Of a stretch of DNA of 64,000 nt, positions 1 through 15,152 are shown piece by piece. A program made the translations under genes and the position numbers. The DNA comes from the human T2T-CHM13v2.0 reference genome, Homo sapiens. The notes beneath the pieces are model-generated. The model was not told where the DNA came from. It saw nothing but the letters and a program-made list of their open reading frames with translations, and searched no databases. Numbering within the stretch: position 1 is the first letter of the stretch; every line of letters starts with the position of its first letter. Location: assembly GCF_009914755.1 (NCBI RefSeq), contig NC_060929.1, one strand, 5' to 3'.

Positions 1-1569
1 CCACATGTGGCTCTAAGTGTTCTGTCTATCCACAAATAGAAAAAAACAGATACAATTACATGATTCAGATCTTCCAGAAGTTAAATGAACATACACACAA
101 TTGTTTTGTTCAATAAAAGGCAAAACTATTCCTTTTAGCTGCATAATAAAAAAATCTCTCATTATCCTTTTTCTAAGAGTACTGAAAATAATGGCCATCA
201 ACAATAACTTTAAGTAAATAATCTGATGTTTCACAGAATATTTTCTTGTAATTTCCCCCTCTGAGTCTTTGTAAGAATATTTTGTAAAAGCACTTCTGTA
301 AGATCTGAATTTTGTGTGGTTGAGTATTAATACTCTATGCAGGTCTGGCTTCATTACAGGAAGAATTTCCAGTATCCAGAGAAAATGGCTGGCCCATAGT
401 CCTTCTGGCATGCCTTCATAAATGCTGCTTATTTTCACTAACCTCTCCATCTGTACTGAGTGGCAGTATGTTTATGGTTATTTCCCTCGAAAAGAGACTA
501 AAGTTCAGAGAGCCTTTATTGTGTGTTAATTGCAAATCCTACACTAAAAAAGTCAGCTAAACCTGGGCTAGTAATGACGCAAGCATGAATCAAAAGGCAT
601 CTCACCTTTGCTCAGAGGGAAACTTCAAGGAATCCTTGAAGTCAAACATCCCTTCAAAGACTGTTAAGACACAAATGAATAGGGATTGGGCCCCAAAATT
701 CTGAATCAGAGCATTACAGGATGTAAATCTCATGGAGAAAAGAACACGTACGTCCGGCAGAATGGGATAGGCACATATAATTCTAAACAGCACATAGTTT
801 GAGATTTACAGTTAAATAGTAGAGATGACTGAGAATATTGTTGACCCAGGGCAAGGAAAATTTTGTCATTGGGCACAATTGAGAATAATGAATTTATAAT
901 AAGCTGGATTCAGACAATTCTGTATCCTTACCCATGAATGGATAAACCAGAGAGTGGGACTAATAAAGTGTTCACAGATTGCATATTTTATTTGGAAAAC
1001 TATCAAGGATAATTAAAGGGGCAAGAGATTAGCTAAGATATAATTGGTTCTGGGAACAAAAGCAATAGAGTTCCATGAAGCAAAGAGCATTCATGATTTG
1101 GGTGAAGCGGGGCATTCACCCAGAATAAAAGACTTGCTAAGTTTGCTCAGGTTACATCAGGGACACATGTAATATAGGTGGTTAAATAGATGGGGGGGTT
1201 AATGCCCATAAATTCTTAGTCCAGCATTCTCATGATGACAGGAAAAGTAAGAAGATATTGTCCTATTTATGTGAAAACTGGCATGGAAAAGGGAGAAGCA
1301 AAAGAGAAAATTTTACAATCCATTAATTAGTTTCATTAGCTTAAGATATACTCACATATATGCATCATCAAAATTCTGGAAAATTAGGCCACTACTAACA
1401 CAGCTTCCAATATGTTGGTAAAGCAATAGTTCATCAAGATTAAAAATAACTTAGTATATACATTTCTCAGGTACATTTTATATTTTTAGTCAAAGAGCCC
1501 ACACAATTGTTTTATGTTGATATGGAAAAGACAGTGCTGACCCATTTCTCGTAAAGTGAGAAACTAGAA

Positions 1570-1873
1570 CTTTTCTTTCTTTCTTTCTTTCCTTCTTTCT
1601 CTTTTTTCTTTTTTTTTTTCTTTTTTTTTGAGACAGTTTCTTGGCTCACTGCAACCTCTGCCTCCCAGGTTCAAGCAATTCTCCTGCCTCAGCCTCCCAA
1701 ATGGCTGGAATTACAGGCAACCGCCACCACGCTCAGCTAATTTTTGCATTTTTAGTAAAGATGAGGTTTTGCCATGCTGGCCAGGCTGGTCTGGAACTCT
1801 TGGCCTCAAGTGATCCACCTGCCTCGGCCTCCCGAAGTGCAGGGATTACAGGCATGAATCACCGCGCCGGGCC
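1570..1873 (-). mobile_element. AluS-type SINE with a ~35-nt internal deletion near its 3' end and a (TTTC)n/poly-T tail
   Basis: Reverse-complement Alu motifs (ggctcactgcaacctctgcctcc ... gggattacaggcatgaatcaccgcgccgggcc). The usual 'ctctgtcgcccaggctggagtgcagtgg' segment is missing. Confidence 0.93.
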
Positions 1874-2084
1874 AACTACAAACTTTCTTCTAGAACACAT
1901 AACGTTAAAAATAAAAATGTTAAAATTAATGATTTATTTATTTTTACTGCACAGTTGAGTTGATGTTAATGTAAAGTAAATTCTTAAAAGTTACAATCAA
2001 CAAGTAACATTCCTTTTGAAAAGTATGCTTGTCCTAGATTAGTGTTTGCTACTTACTCGTCAGTTCTAATCACCAAGTTATAAT

Positions 2085-2470
2085 TATATGTTGGAGAAAT
2101 TTGGGGGGGAAATTTCTGTGAAGGATCAATGGGAAGGTGCCAGAGAAGACAGGCAGAGCCTTTGGATTTTGATGCAAGGCTGAAATTTGTGAATGGAAGT
2201 AGGGCGTGCAGGAAGGCCCTCATATAATAGGGCAGCTCTGAAAACAGTAATGTTGGCCAGAGAGATGGTGAGTCCTGTAGCCAAAGTCAGAGGAGTGCAC
2301 ATCCTACAAGGATGAGCTGGCATTATTAATTCTGTTTCGCTTATTCATTAGCTGGGAAGCCTGAAAGAACATGGCCTTAGTGGTGGTAGATCCAGAGTGT
2401 AAGAACAGGGAATATTAGTCACCTCAGCTTCTTGCATCATGTTCTCTTGATGGCATTAGAAGTACACCAC
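2085..2470 (-). mobile_element. Degraded ERVL LTR, LTR16-like
   Basis: GC-richer island whose motif order (gatgca..., ttggccag...gagtcct...gccaaag...gaggagt..., cattagctggg...catggcct) resembles the recalled LTR16 reverse complement. Highly diverged. Confidence 0.4.
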
Positions 2471-3043
2471 TGGGGTCCCATCGATGCAGAGTTTGAGATT
2501 TAATAGGCCACACCCAAGTGTGAGACAGTAAACAAGGACTATGGCCACATAGTCCAGGTAGAGCTTAGATTAGCACCCCTAAATGAGACTAAAACATTCA
2601 AAAAATTAAGCAAGTTCTACCCCATAGAAGAGGATGGAAGATAACCATGACTGTCTCAGAGACTGTTCTGTGTAGAGAAGGGAAAGAGAAGACTCCTGGC
2701 AGAATTCTTCTCCATGGGCTCTCCTTCACACCGGGGAAGGGTCCCAGAAGACCTTAAAGTCCCAAATGTGGTTTTAAAATGGTCTCAGGTCAGGAGCAAT
2801 CCCAGATATCTGGGACATGCAAACCCAAATCCTATGCTGAGGAATGTACCCTAAGCCCAGTCCTCAAATATTCCCTCAGATAAAGTTCTATGGAAATGAG
2901 TTCCCAACAAAACTATCACAAACAGATGGAGAGGGAAGTCTCTTTGAGCAAATTTATAGATAAAACAAAGGATATGATCAAACCTCAAGTGGCTGTGAAA
3001 CTTGAGGGTCTTCATAATAAAAATACAATTTAAGGAGCTTGTA

Positions 3044-3374
<331 letters not shown>

Positions 3375-4109
3375 CTAAGTGCTTTTATAAGTAACTCATC
3401 TCCTCCTCATAATTCCGAAAGCAGGGAATGTCATTTCACGACACAGCCAACAAATATATGGTGAGTGCCAAAAGCATCAAGATAATACAAAAATAACAGC
3501 AGCGAGGAAAGCAGGACATCTACCACCTTCATGGGGCTTGCCTTCTAATGAATACAAAATCAGTATGAGCTCCTGTTTTCTCTCTTTCTGTCCCTGTGTG
3601 TCTGTCTGTCTCTTTTTCTCTCAATCTCAAAACATGCATGTACACAACACATATACAACACAAACATTTCCTTTGCAACTGAAAATAGACAGATGAAGGA
3701 TAATGAAAAAAACCAGAAAAGCCGCAAAATAACAAAATGATATGTGTAACAGGCATTGAAATCATCAGCCAAAACATTATATAGCCTAGCTACTGTGTGA
3801 TTTTGTATAAATGAAAGGAAACTAGGAAGAATTTCTAACTTCACCATCTTCTTCCTGGGAAACCATGGGGAGAAGGTTTAGTCCCTGTTATTTTCAGTTT
3901 GCATCTCTATACATTTATTTACATTTCTCAACCTAACAATAACAGTGGAATTAAATGAAACCAGAAAGTGTTATGATTTAAACGGGAATAATTTTTCTGG
4001 ATTTTGCAGGCCAACTGATACAAACAACAGAATGTTTTATTTTTATAAAATAGGCTTAGTGGAAGCCACACTATTACTTCCTGGTCTGTGTTTGTCATCA
4101 TCATTTTAC

Positions 4110-4355
4110 TATTTTTTTAACTAACAAAAAAGTTGTATATATTTATGGTGTACAACAGTATGTTTTGGACTATGTACACATTGTGCAATGGCTAAATCAA
4201 GCTAATTAATATATGGCTTACCTCACATACTTACCAGATATTAAAGTGAGAACACTTGAAATCTACTCTCAGTGATTTTCAAGCACTCTATACAATACAT
4301 TGCTATTAACTATGGTCGCCACGTTGTATAACAGATCTCTTGAGCTTGTTATCAT
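4110..4355 (-). mobile_element. L1MA-type 3' end fragment
   Basis: Contains ttgtatatatttatggtgtacaac, gctaattaa...acctcacatacttacc, gtgagaacacttgaaatctactctc and tattaactat, typical of the antisense L1MA 3' UTR. Confidence 0.8.
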
Positions 4356-4562
4356 CCTCATTTAATGTTAATACACGAGAAGATAAGTCCAGGATCTGTC
4401 TTTTATTACCTTTATTGGTTTCCCTATATAGTGCTATCTACTGTTACACTAGATTTTTCCTATGCAATCCAAGAATAGAGATTTTCTAAAACAATTAATT
4501 TAGTGACTTGAATGCAACTGGTTGGTAATTCTGTTTTTATTGTCAAAAGTGTAAATAAATAA

Positions 4563-4664
4563 TTTTAAATAACATGAGTTCATTCTCTTTAATATTGGCC
4601 TATGAATTATTTGTTTATGATTCATAGGCCAATATTAAAGAAAATGACTCATATTATTTATAAA
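4563..4664. repeat. Inverted repeat/hairpin: 22-bp perfect core stem, ~45-bp imperfect arms, 12-nt loop
   Basis: tctttaatattggcctatgaat (4586-4607) is the exact reverse complement of attcataggccaatattaaaga (4620-4641). Pairing continues outward with a few mismatches. Confidence 0.92.
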
Positions 4665-4829
4665 GTTTATAATTTGAGATAAACAGGAAAATAAAACAAT
4701 ACTAATTTTAATAATAATAAAAAACTGTTCTGAGGGATTAATGCAAGGTTGTTACAGTGTGAACACTTCACATGCATTACCTATTTTCATGCTTAGAGCG
4801 ACCTAATGTGCTAGTTACTGTCAGTGATC

Positions 4830-4940
4830 AGATTATACCGATGAGGACCCTGAGAAATAGAGAAGATAAGAAAACTAATGAAGTTAAAAAGAACAGAGCA
4901 TGGACTCAAACCAATATCTGACTCAAAGCCCAATCTCTCA
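4830..4940 (-). mobile_element. MIR fragment
   Basis: gatgaggaccctgag...agagaag...cagagcatggactcaaacc...tctgactcaaagccca resembles the antisense MIR core. Confidence 0.55.
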
Positions 4941-5262
4941 CCTATTAGTTTGCAAATGTTATATCTATAGGTGAACTCACTAAAGCCTTCAGACATAAGA
5001 TTCAAAACTGTGGTGTTTTCACAGTTAAATTATGAGTAATGTTTACTATTATATAATTTCTAAATAGATCAAGTTCTTGTTATTTACACATTTATAGACA
5101 TAAAGTTTTGAGACATCTGGGTAGAGACTGAAACAATAGACTGGAACTTAAAAGCAGAAGTTTAGATGAGAGGGATATTTAGGTGTATTAATAAGGATTG
5201 AGGCTGTAAAAATGAATGAAATTACCCGAGAAAGCATTTCAAATAAGCAGAGAGGTGGGCTT

Positions 5263-5399
5263 GGCTGGGCACAGTGTCTCATGCCTGTAATCCTAGCACT
5301 TTTGGAGGCCAAGATGGGAGAACTGCTTGAGGCCAGGGGTTTGGGACCACCTTGGTCAATATAATGAGACCCCCATCTATATTTAAAAAAAAATTAAAA
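5263..5399 (+). mobile_element. Free left Alu monomer (FLAM_C-like)
   Basis: Single Alu left arm with an A tail, flanked by a duplicated aag(c/t)agagaggtgg target site. Confidence 0.85.
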
Positions 5400-6080
5400 G
5401 TAGAGAGGTGGCCTGAAACACAGACATAGAGTTACCCAATAAGTGGGGCAAGGAAGTATAACCATGCAAAGGAAACTGATAAAGAGGGCCAGATGAGGAG
5501 ATAGAAAATCTGGTCTGTGGGATGCCTCAGAAGCCAAAGAAAGATGTTTCCAAAAGAAAATGATAAACAGCTTTAGTAGTTGGTAGAAAGAGGATAGAAA
5601 GCTTTTCCATAGGATTGAGCCAACCTGAGAACAAAGGTGACCTATAAGCTGCAAAGGTAAAGGGATGGCACTAGAAGTTCTAAGGTAACCAGAAGTTTGA
5701 ATACATTTGAAAACCCATTGCAGAGAGTAGGAGAGTAAGTTGACTAGGTATACAATTTCAGGCAATTTAGGAAAAAATAATTGAAGGACTGATTATAAAT
5801 TTATTCATTAATTCAAAAAGTGTCTGATAGTGGCAGTAAACACAACACTGTTCTGAGTGGTTTGGGTATATTTGCAGTGTAAAACAGACAATATCCTCTG
5901 CTCTCATAGAAATTAAGGTCCAGTAGAATGATAAAGAAACAATAAATATCAGGTAAAAATGTTTTAATACAATACATTAGAAAATGGCCAGTGGGTTTTT
6001 TTTTTTAAGTAGATCACAACAATTAGAAAGATCAAGAGTGTTTGAGGTCAAAGCAGGTTGCATTTTAAAATGGGATTGAC

Positions 6081-6927
<847 letters not shown>

Positions 6928-9559
6928 AAAGTGGGATTGACAACAATACTCAATTTGGTTGATATTTCAGCAACAATGTGGACTGAAAGAAGTGAGAATT
7001 AGCCATGCGGATATCTAGGGAATAGCACTCTAGGTATGGGAACAGCAGTGCAAACTCCCTGAGGTGGCAGGGCAGCGTGCATGAACAGCGAGAAGAGAGT
7101 AATAGGAAATGAGGTTAAGGAAACAGTGGGAATGAGTGTAGGGGCCAGAAAGTGTAGGAACTTGAAGGCCACTCCAAGGATTTAGGTTTTACTGAGTGAA
7201 ATAGGAGCCTTCCTATTGCTAACAATATACACTAGTCCCCTCATTTCTCCAGTGGGGTTCAGTGTAGGATTTCTATGCACTGAGAGTGGCTTCATAAGTA
7301 GCTTTGACAATTACCACAAAATAACAGCATGAGGAAGGAATAGTTTACAAGTGTCTTATGAAAATGCAAACCATATGTGTTCTGCTTAATAATGAACAGA
7401 GGTAAGAAATTAATGGGTGGCTGTTTTAGAAGAATGGAAGAGAAATGGACTGAGGTTTAATGCGTACATTTGTATTCTCATTCACTGATATAAAGATAAA
7501 TACATTGAATCTGGATCCAGGATTTGAGGCTTTTTCTGCATCAGACCCTCCTGTTCTTAGTCAAATCATTTCCATTTGTAAAACTAAATTACTATTTCAA
7601 AGTGCTCAGACAGAAATGGGACAAAAAAAGAAGATAATTTTGAGCCAAAAATGTTTTAACATAGCATGAAGCTTTAAATTAAAAAAGACACTTCTTAGTA
7701 TTACACTTCTGGAATTTAACCTAAATGTAAATCCTTTTTTTTTTTTGGAAGCAGGGGCCTACTGATCATTTATTCTTTCATGAAACGAAACAAATAAACA
7801 TTTATTTATTGACTATGAAGATGGGTCTCGGGGAAATATTCCCTTTAGAAGCTCACAGTCCAGTGTGCTTCTTCTCCACTTTCTGTGTGGTAGTGAAGTA
7901 TTTTTCCTTTTATAAGTACAAATGAATTACTCACTTTTTGATTCCAGTCAATGCAACACTAGAATTATTCAATGAAATTACATTTTCTTATGGTGCTCAG
8001 AGGACGGCCCACTGCCAATGTAATTGAGGCCCTTTCAAAACGTAATTTCCATTAACAATGTTTACTCTGAAATTGTCTCTTTGGCTTTCTTCATATGACA
8101 GAATCTATGATTGAATGAAAGTGCTAGGTTTGAGATTACTGCATCTATAAATGTAATATTTACTTTGAGTATTAATGATTGTAATGGTTGGCTTTTAAGA
8201 TCATTTCAGTTGCTTTGATAACGGAATAGCAAGGCAAGAAATTAACAGTGACAGATGACTTCATTAACTAATTCCAGTTAAATAAACCTCTGATTCTCTT
8301 CCCAGCTCACATGTTGTTCACGTAAATGCTTGGAGAAAATGTGACGATTATAGTTCTTTTTATACATTTTAATATACATGCATCATACTGAAAATTTTAT
8401 ATATATTATATAAGGTAAGAATTATTCATAAATTTATAAAAGCAAATTCCATTCTCTGACTGGCAATAAGATCCCTTAACACCCATATATATTTCCCATA
8501 CAGGTATTATTAAAATGAAAAATATACAGTTTTTAGGCATATATCCACTAAATCAAAAGCCCATTTTTGTTTAAATAATTTTCTTTAGCTATATATCATT
8601 TTTGAAAGCACAATTTATAATGTTCAAAATAGAATGTGTTCCAAACTTTCTCTTAGAGTGCTCAGTGAGAAAGTACTTATATTTATATCCATTTTGAAGC
8701 AGTCTTCAGAGAATCATACTTTAATCAGGAAATCTGAGCTTATGAAAATGTTCATTATATTGATTTTTTTTTTCCATATTGCTGTGCACACTGAATCTTG
8801 TCCCAGCAGGCTAATGAAATACTTTATTTCATGATGTGTCTCTAGGCTATGGAGATATGTGACGTGTTATGGCCAAATTTTGTGTGATCTTCTATATTGA
8901 AAGAGTCACCCACATGTCCCTAAAAGATACCCATACTTGCAATTTTATAAAAAAGTGAATTTTGCTCAAACACATTATTTACAGATGTTCAATCAGATAA
9001 GTTAAAACCAGACAATTTGTAAATGATTTAATTGAATTTTAAGGGATATGGAGAATAAATCCAATGAATAAATATCATTTTTAAATGCATCTCATATTTT
9101 GTAAGAAAATATATTTACAAAATGGAAAACTGCATTATTAAAATACAAACTTTATAGCAGTTTTATGCAAAATAGTATATAGAACAGTTACCTGATTTGT
9201 AACAAAAGGGTAGCTCTGTATTCTCAATACAGATCATTTCCCTTTAAATGTTCTTGTCTTTTTAAAATGCTTTACAAAATAATTGTTTCATTATTTATTA
9301 GAGAGTTCATAATAAGTTTTCTTTGCATAAAGTATTCATTTGTCATTTAAAAATACAAAATTAATTGACTATCAATAAAAATGTTTGGAATATTTTTCAT
9401 TTTCTATTTACTGACTAGTATAGAGCAAACTAAATGAGTTTTGGAGTCTCTCTTTTACATATGTTTTACATTGATATGATTCTTCCTATAAAGTCATAAA
9501 TAACTTTTACAAGTATAAACACTGCTGCATGAAGAAAAATACTGACCTAGTAATCTCCT

Positions 9560-10310
9560 AGGTCAGATTTGGATTCAGCAGCACAGAATGGAAATCCAAT
9601 TATAATCTCTTAAACAAAGAAGGATTTATTTTTCTCGTGGGTCTTATACAGCAACCCAAAGATTGGCATCCTGGGTCTTATACAGCAACTCCATGATAAC
9701 ATCAAAAAAGGACCTTTTAATTTCTCAATCAAACATGTGGCTTTCTTTTTTATGATCGTAAACCAGTTTCTGCATCTCTAATCATTATTTTGGCAAGCCA
9801 TGGAAAAGACAAAGGAAAAAATGGGAGAGATTAAAAAAAAAAGCAGCAAAAAGTACATGCAGTATGAATACAGGTGGATACAAAGAAAGGAACAACAGAC
9901 AGGGCCTACTCGAGGGCAGAGGGAAGGAGGAGGGTGCAGAATGAAAACCTAGCCATTGGGTACCATGCCTATAACCTGGGTGATGAAATAATCTGTACAC
10001 CAAACCCCCATGACACTCAATTTACCTATATAACAAACCTGCACACGTACTCCTGAACCTAAAAGTTAAAAAATAGAATAAAATAATTAAAAAAACTTTT
10101 CCTAAAAAGCCCCAAAAGATTTTTCCCATGTTTACTGCATAAGGTGAAATGAAGTCACATGTGTACTCTAGCTCTGAGGCATTCTGGGAGGAGTGAGCAT
10201 TTTAATTGGGCAAAACACAGCCATTGATGATACATGCTGTGACTATGGAAGGATTCTATTAATAAGGAGAAGGGGAACGGGATATCAGGTAGGCCTCTAG
10301 CGGTGGCTGT
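9560..10310 (-). mobile_element. Old MLT1-type MaLR LTR, interrupted by L1PA
   Basis: Starts with ttaaacaaagaaggatttatttttctc and has MLT1-like text after the L1 (gtcacatgtgtactctagct...ggcattctggg). Diverged. Confidence 0.45.
9865..10096 (+). mobile_element. Old L1PA 3' UTR fragment
   Basis: cctgggtgatgaaataatctgtacaccaaacccccatgacac...tttacctatataacaaacctgcac, followed by an A-rich tail. Confidence 0.88.
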
Positions 10311-11315
10311 CATGCTCATTAACAACTTTGCAATCAGATCCCAAAAGGCTAAGAAACTGTTAAAGACATTGCTTAAAATAGATGTTCACTAGCTTCAGTG
10401 AAATAAAAGATAGTGTATCTCATTGTCTTATGATTTAATGTTCTGAAGTAATCATTTGCTGAAAGCTACAACAATTAATGGTGACAAATTTAGAGGGTGA
10501 AGTCACGTCTGTGTTTTTACTCCCTATGTTCCAGCTACCTAGGATTGGGCAAGTTATTTAATATGTCTTGGCCTTTATTTTCTAATTTATAAAATATTCA
10601 GGAAAAGGAAAACTGCATCAATGAAATTTTCTACAGTACTGATTACTTCTTTTTTCTAATAATGTAAGTAAACAACAAATGCAAAGTAAAAAGTCTATTG
10701 ATTTTAATAGATATGATAGGCTTTTTTTCGAGCTGAATAGATATTAAAGAAAGTATAAGTACCCTTTTGCAGCTGAAGAATATTGTAAACTAAATTGCAC
10801 ATTGGCTGAATTTATATGTATGGCAGGTAAAATATTTGTGCACTATCCGATCATCACTTGAAGACAGAATGTAATAATCTTTAATTCTTCTACATGGTAG
10901 AAATGTGAAGGTCCTCCTGGTTGCTGCAGTATTTCCAGCCAGTAGCAATATATACTTTCTAAGTGGAGATTAATGAGTAATTATGTCATTTTACACCATC
11001 AGTCATGGTGATGGACTGATTCCAGATTGCTACAGTAAGAATGAAGAGGTTGAGTCCCACCCCTTGCTTATTTGTTGAGATTAACTTGATAAAGTGATCA
11101 CCAAAGTTGAGTCCTCCTACTCTTTCTGAGACTTATACATATAGCTTTATCTGTTTGGTCTTGCAGATATCATTTGCACTCAGGCCAACGGCTGATGTGA
11201 TGCCAGGCTCAGTGTTCTGTGTGGCATTTTCCTAGTACACATAGATATTGGCTCAGGCTGTCAAAGATAAAAAAAAAATAACCAAAAAACATTAAGCATA
11301 AGAAACAGCACATGG

Positions 11316-11470
11316 GGCTGAGTGTGGTGGCTCACACCTGTAATCCCAGAGCTTTGGGAGGCCAAGGCGAGAGACTAGCTTAAGGCCAGGAGTTCAAAAC
11401 AAGCCTGGGCAACATAGCAGTATTCCATCTCTACAAAATAATTTTAAAAAGAAAAAAGAAAAGAAAAAGC
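11316..11470 (+). mobile_element. Alu left monomer (FLAM_C/AluJ-like)
   Basis: ggtggctcacacctgtaatccc...ggccaggagttc...cctgggcaacatagc followed by an A-rich tail. Confidence 0.85.
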
Positions 11471-14400
11471 AAATAGCAGGAGTCACATTTCTACACTGTG
11501 ACTGAACTTCATTAATAACAGCAAATGAGCAGATCGGCTCAAACAACCATGGGAAAAAGAAACTAGACACAAATGGGTGGAAGGAAATACTAGGTAATGC
11601 CTAGTAGTGCAAAGTATTTGCATTGTATTAAACTCTTAACTTTTTATTATTTTATTTAATTCTCCCAACTGCCACAGTTATTTCCCTTTTACACATACAA
11701 AGTTAATTATTTTGCCCAAGGTCATAGCACCAAACCCAGGCAGTTGATTTTAAAGTCTATGCATTTAAGTGATATTCTACATTATATCCACCTAGAGATA
11801 CAAAATAAATTCTAAAAAATAAAACTTCACTAGTGCTGAGTATATATACTTGTTTGAGGAAAACCTTGATAGATTGACCTATCGACATTTATGACTGGAA
11901 AATCCCATTGCAGATGCGCACCTGTACACTAGACTTGAAGTTCCAAAGAGATGCCTTTAACAGATATTGTTCACTAATACTCAGATTTATCACGAACATT
12001 ATGGAAGACATTTAATGGCTACAGTACTCTGAGAGACATGATCTGGGAATATATGTTTCAGGCTGCTGCAGTTCTTCTCAGGTCAAATCATATTTCTTGT
12101 GAAGATAGTGCAGTGTTAACTGATAGCGCATCAAACCTGAAGGGACAGTTCAATGGGTTTGTGTGCCGAGCTGGAAAAGAAAGTCAATTTTCATTTGCTT
12201 TTAGACCCACATTTTGAATCAGACAATATTAGATACAATGGCAGTCTCAGAAGAGATGGTCTCATGTTTGCCTTTTAAATGTTGGTGCTTCATTTTTAAG
12301 ACCAAGATACAAGTATGTGAGAAAAAGCACCCAGAGAATACTGAATGGTAATTCTCTCATGATGAATAATATGTCTACCTTAATTGATACTTGAAGAAAA
12401 ATTGGTAAGTCTCAGCTAAAGCATAGTAACTAAGGGTTGGTTTGTAAAATAAATAAAGAAAAAAGGAAAGGGCTACTATTGCTTTAATAAAGATTTCCTG
12501 CCAGTATGTCCTGCTGCAAATTGTAAATGGTGGAAGCACTTCACCTCTAAGCACTGTGAATGGAAATGGAGACCGTTAAGGCAAACTTTAAGATTAAATA
12601 CTTTCGTTTGTGGTATTTAATTTTCTCTGTATGATGTTTTAAAACAATTAAACATGCATAAGTTATAGTAAATATAAGATCCTTCTTTATCTATGCCTCA
12701 TTTTGAAGGAAGAAACCTTCCCTTGAGAAGGAAAAGAACGAAGAAAGACAGAGCCTAGGGTACTGTGTATCATGAAATGAAGGGTAGAACAGTTTCTCAG
12801 GAGACCAGCTGTGGTTCCCTCATTCAAATGACACACGAGAAGACACTGTCATATGTTTAAGTTTGCTTTTATGTAAGGAACTATTTACTGCTATTCTGCT
12901 TAAAATGCTGACCCTTAAAATATTTTATAAAGATCTAACATCAATGCAACTTTACCCAGCCAATTATAAAGAAGTAGGCTGATTTTTCTGATATTTTGTA
13001 CAGACATTTTTAAAAATTTTAATGTAAACTTTGATATTGTAATTATTAATAACACAAAAGGATTAGTTCTCATTTTAAGCAGGGAACTATTTGTGTCCTC
13101 TGTACTACGTAAACTCAACATAAGATGCAAGAGAAAACTAACATTATGCTAATAGATAAAACCACACATGATCTGTGGTGGAAGGACTGGAATTGCACTA
13201 TCACTGAAGTGCAAATGTATATATATATTTAAAATTTTGAAAGCTTACACTCTTCTCAGATTTAGTTTAAAAAAGATTCTAGTTTCATTCTCTCCTTTAT
13301 TGACTGCTGTTTCTGCTACATGACCAAAAGTAGTTTTCATTGTTCATGTTTGGTTTGTTTTGCTTGTAGGTAAAGCTTATTATAATTAAATACATAGAGC
13401 CAAGGAAGGGAAAAATTAACAGTTACATAAGAGAATAAGGAGAAAGTAAGAATGAAGGTCAATATATACTCCAAACATTGATGTTTCTGTCTCCTTCACA
13501 TACAGATATTGGCCTCGTGTTGTAGCCTTAAACCATCTGATCCAGACAGGTCAAAGCAAGAACTTTTTAAAAAATCTCTCTTCTTTTCAGCAAGTTTTCC
13601 CGCTAAGGAAACACATTCTCATCCCTCAAATCACTTGATGTCATACAATAACTTTTAGCTCCTACCCCAAATTGGAAAACAATATTGTGAGGAATAAAAT
13701 CATTGTAGATTTTGCAGGCAATCCTAAATAATCAGGTGAATTACTTTAGATATAATCATCTCTTAGCTTGGAAATTTGCAGATCGATTTCGTTTATCTAT
13801 TTGCAGTGCAAACAACTTTAAAATATGCATATTATTTGACATTTTCATATCTTTTGAGTATGAGAGAAAGAAGGTAAAAGAAGAAAGTAGAGAATCTTCT
13901 GTCTATATTTAAGTGATATAATTTCAGTTATATTCATGGCATCTCTAGTATTTATCACATAGTTTTCCATGGAAAAATATCATTTTTAAGTCTGGTCTAT
14001 TGTTTACTTCAAACTGTATAATGTATAGTAAACTATTTATGGATAAGATGAATTACACCGCAGCTTTAATTTTTCAGGTTTACAGCTGTCACTTTTGACA
14101 CAGAAAATGAAGAGATTTAAAATCCATTTCAGGCATGTAACTATAATTTCATAAAATTTTATGCCCCACAATATATAACATGTGATAAAAGATGTGAAAT
14201 GCAGAAAATATTCATCATTTACTGCTTCTTCATGACCACAACTTTGGGCCCTTTAAACAGGGATAAATATTGGAGGAACAGTATTCTTTTTCATTGTTGA
14301 AAAGCTTCCAAAATAGATTACAGTAAAATTTAAAATAAAACCAGAGAATATGTATTATTGAGACAAAGTCAGGACACCTGAGTTTTGTTCCCAGACTCTG

Positions 14401-14972
14401 AACCTGTTTGCTGCAATATGCTGGACAAATACTTTAATATCCCAAGGTTTAGCCCCCTCATCTTGATTGCTAAGAAGAAAACGATTATTAGTAATGTCAA
14501 AGAAGATAATATCTATAAAATAATTCACAGGTCTATAGCAATTATTCAAATAGAAAATATTAATGTCATTATTAATAAACAAATAATCCCATTTCTTTTG
14601 ATTTACATTTTTCTCTTCAAACATACCCAAGTCAGATAATGACGCTTCTATCTACTAATTTTACTCCATGTTATATTTTTCTGTGTTGCTACTGGAGCTT
14701 GAACTTGATGTCATCCTTTCTAATCCTGGCAGCCATCAATTCTCAGTTCCTAATGCTTTCTGGTAGAACTTTTTCCTCATATAAATGCGGTAACACATTT
14801 ACATATGAAATCCATTTAATGTAATGTATTTTATCTGAAACCATCAGAAAACAAAACTTGTTTTATTTTTAACTGTTTTAAATTTTATAGGAACATAATA
14901 TTTTGATTTGTGAAACATTAAAAGGCTCCTATAATGAGCCATCTAGCCCAAATAGCAGCAGGTAATTTTATT

Positions 14973-15152
14973 TGGTGTAATGGAAAGAACCCTGGGCAGA
15001 GGATTGGATAACCCAGTTTCTATTCTGATTTCTGTAATTAACTAGCTCTATGATATTGGGGAAATCACTTAGCCTTCCTGATTCTCAATTTCCTCATTTG
15101 TGAACTGAAGTAATTGAAACAATGTTCTCTAAGGAACTTCCTAGTTCCAGCG
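14973..15152 (+). mobile_element. MIR3/MIR SINE
   Basis: ggtgtaatggaaagaac, aaatcacttagcctt, tttcctcatttgtgaa (MIR core) and tctctaaggaacttcctagttc. Confidence 0.75.

Noticed and set aside
13-450. 145-aa minus-strand ORF (and the similar 147-aa ORF at 27664-28107)
   Set aside because: No recognisable domain and a composition typical of AT-rich non-coding or antisense L1 sequence.
9638-9689. 18-bp direct repeat tgggtcttatacagcaac with a 16-nt spacer (CRISPR-like look)
   Set aside because: Only two copies, inside an old LTR in primate DNA and with no cas genes. A local duplication explains it.
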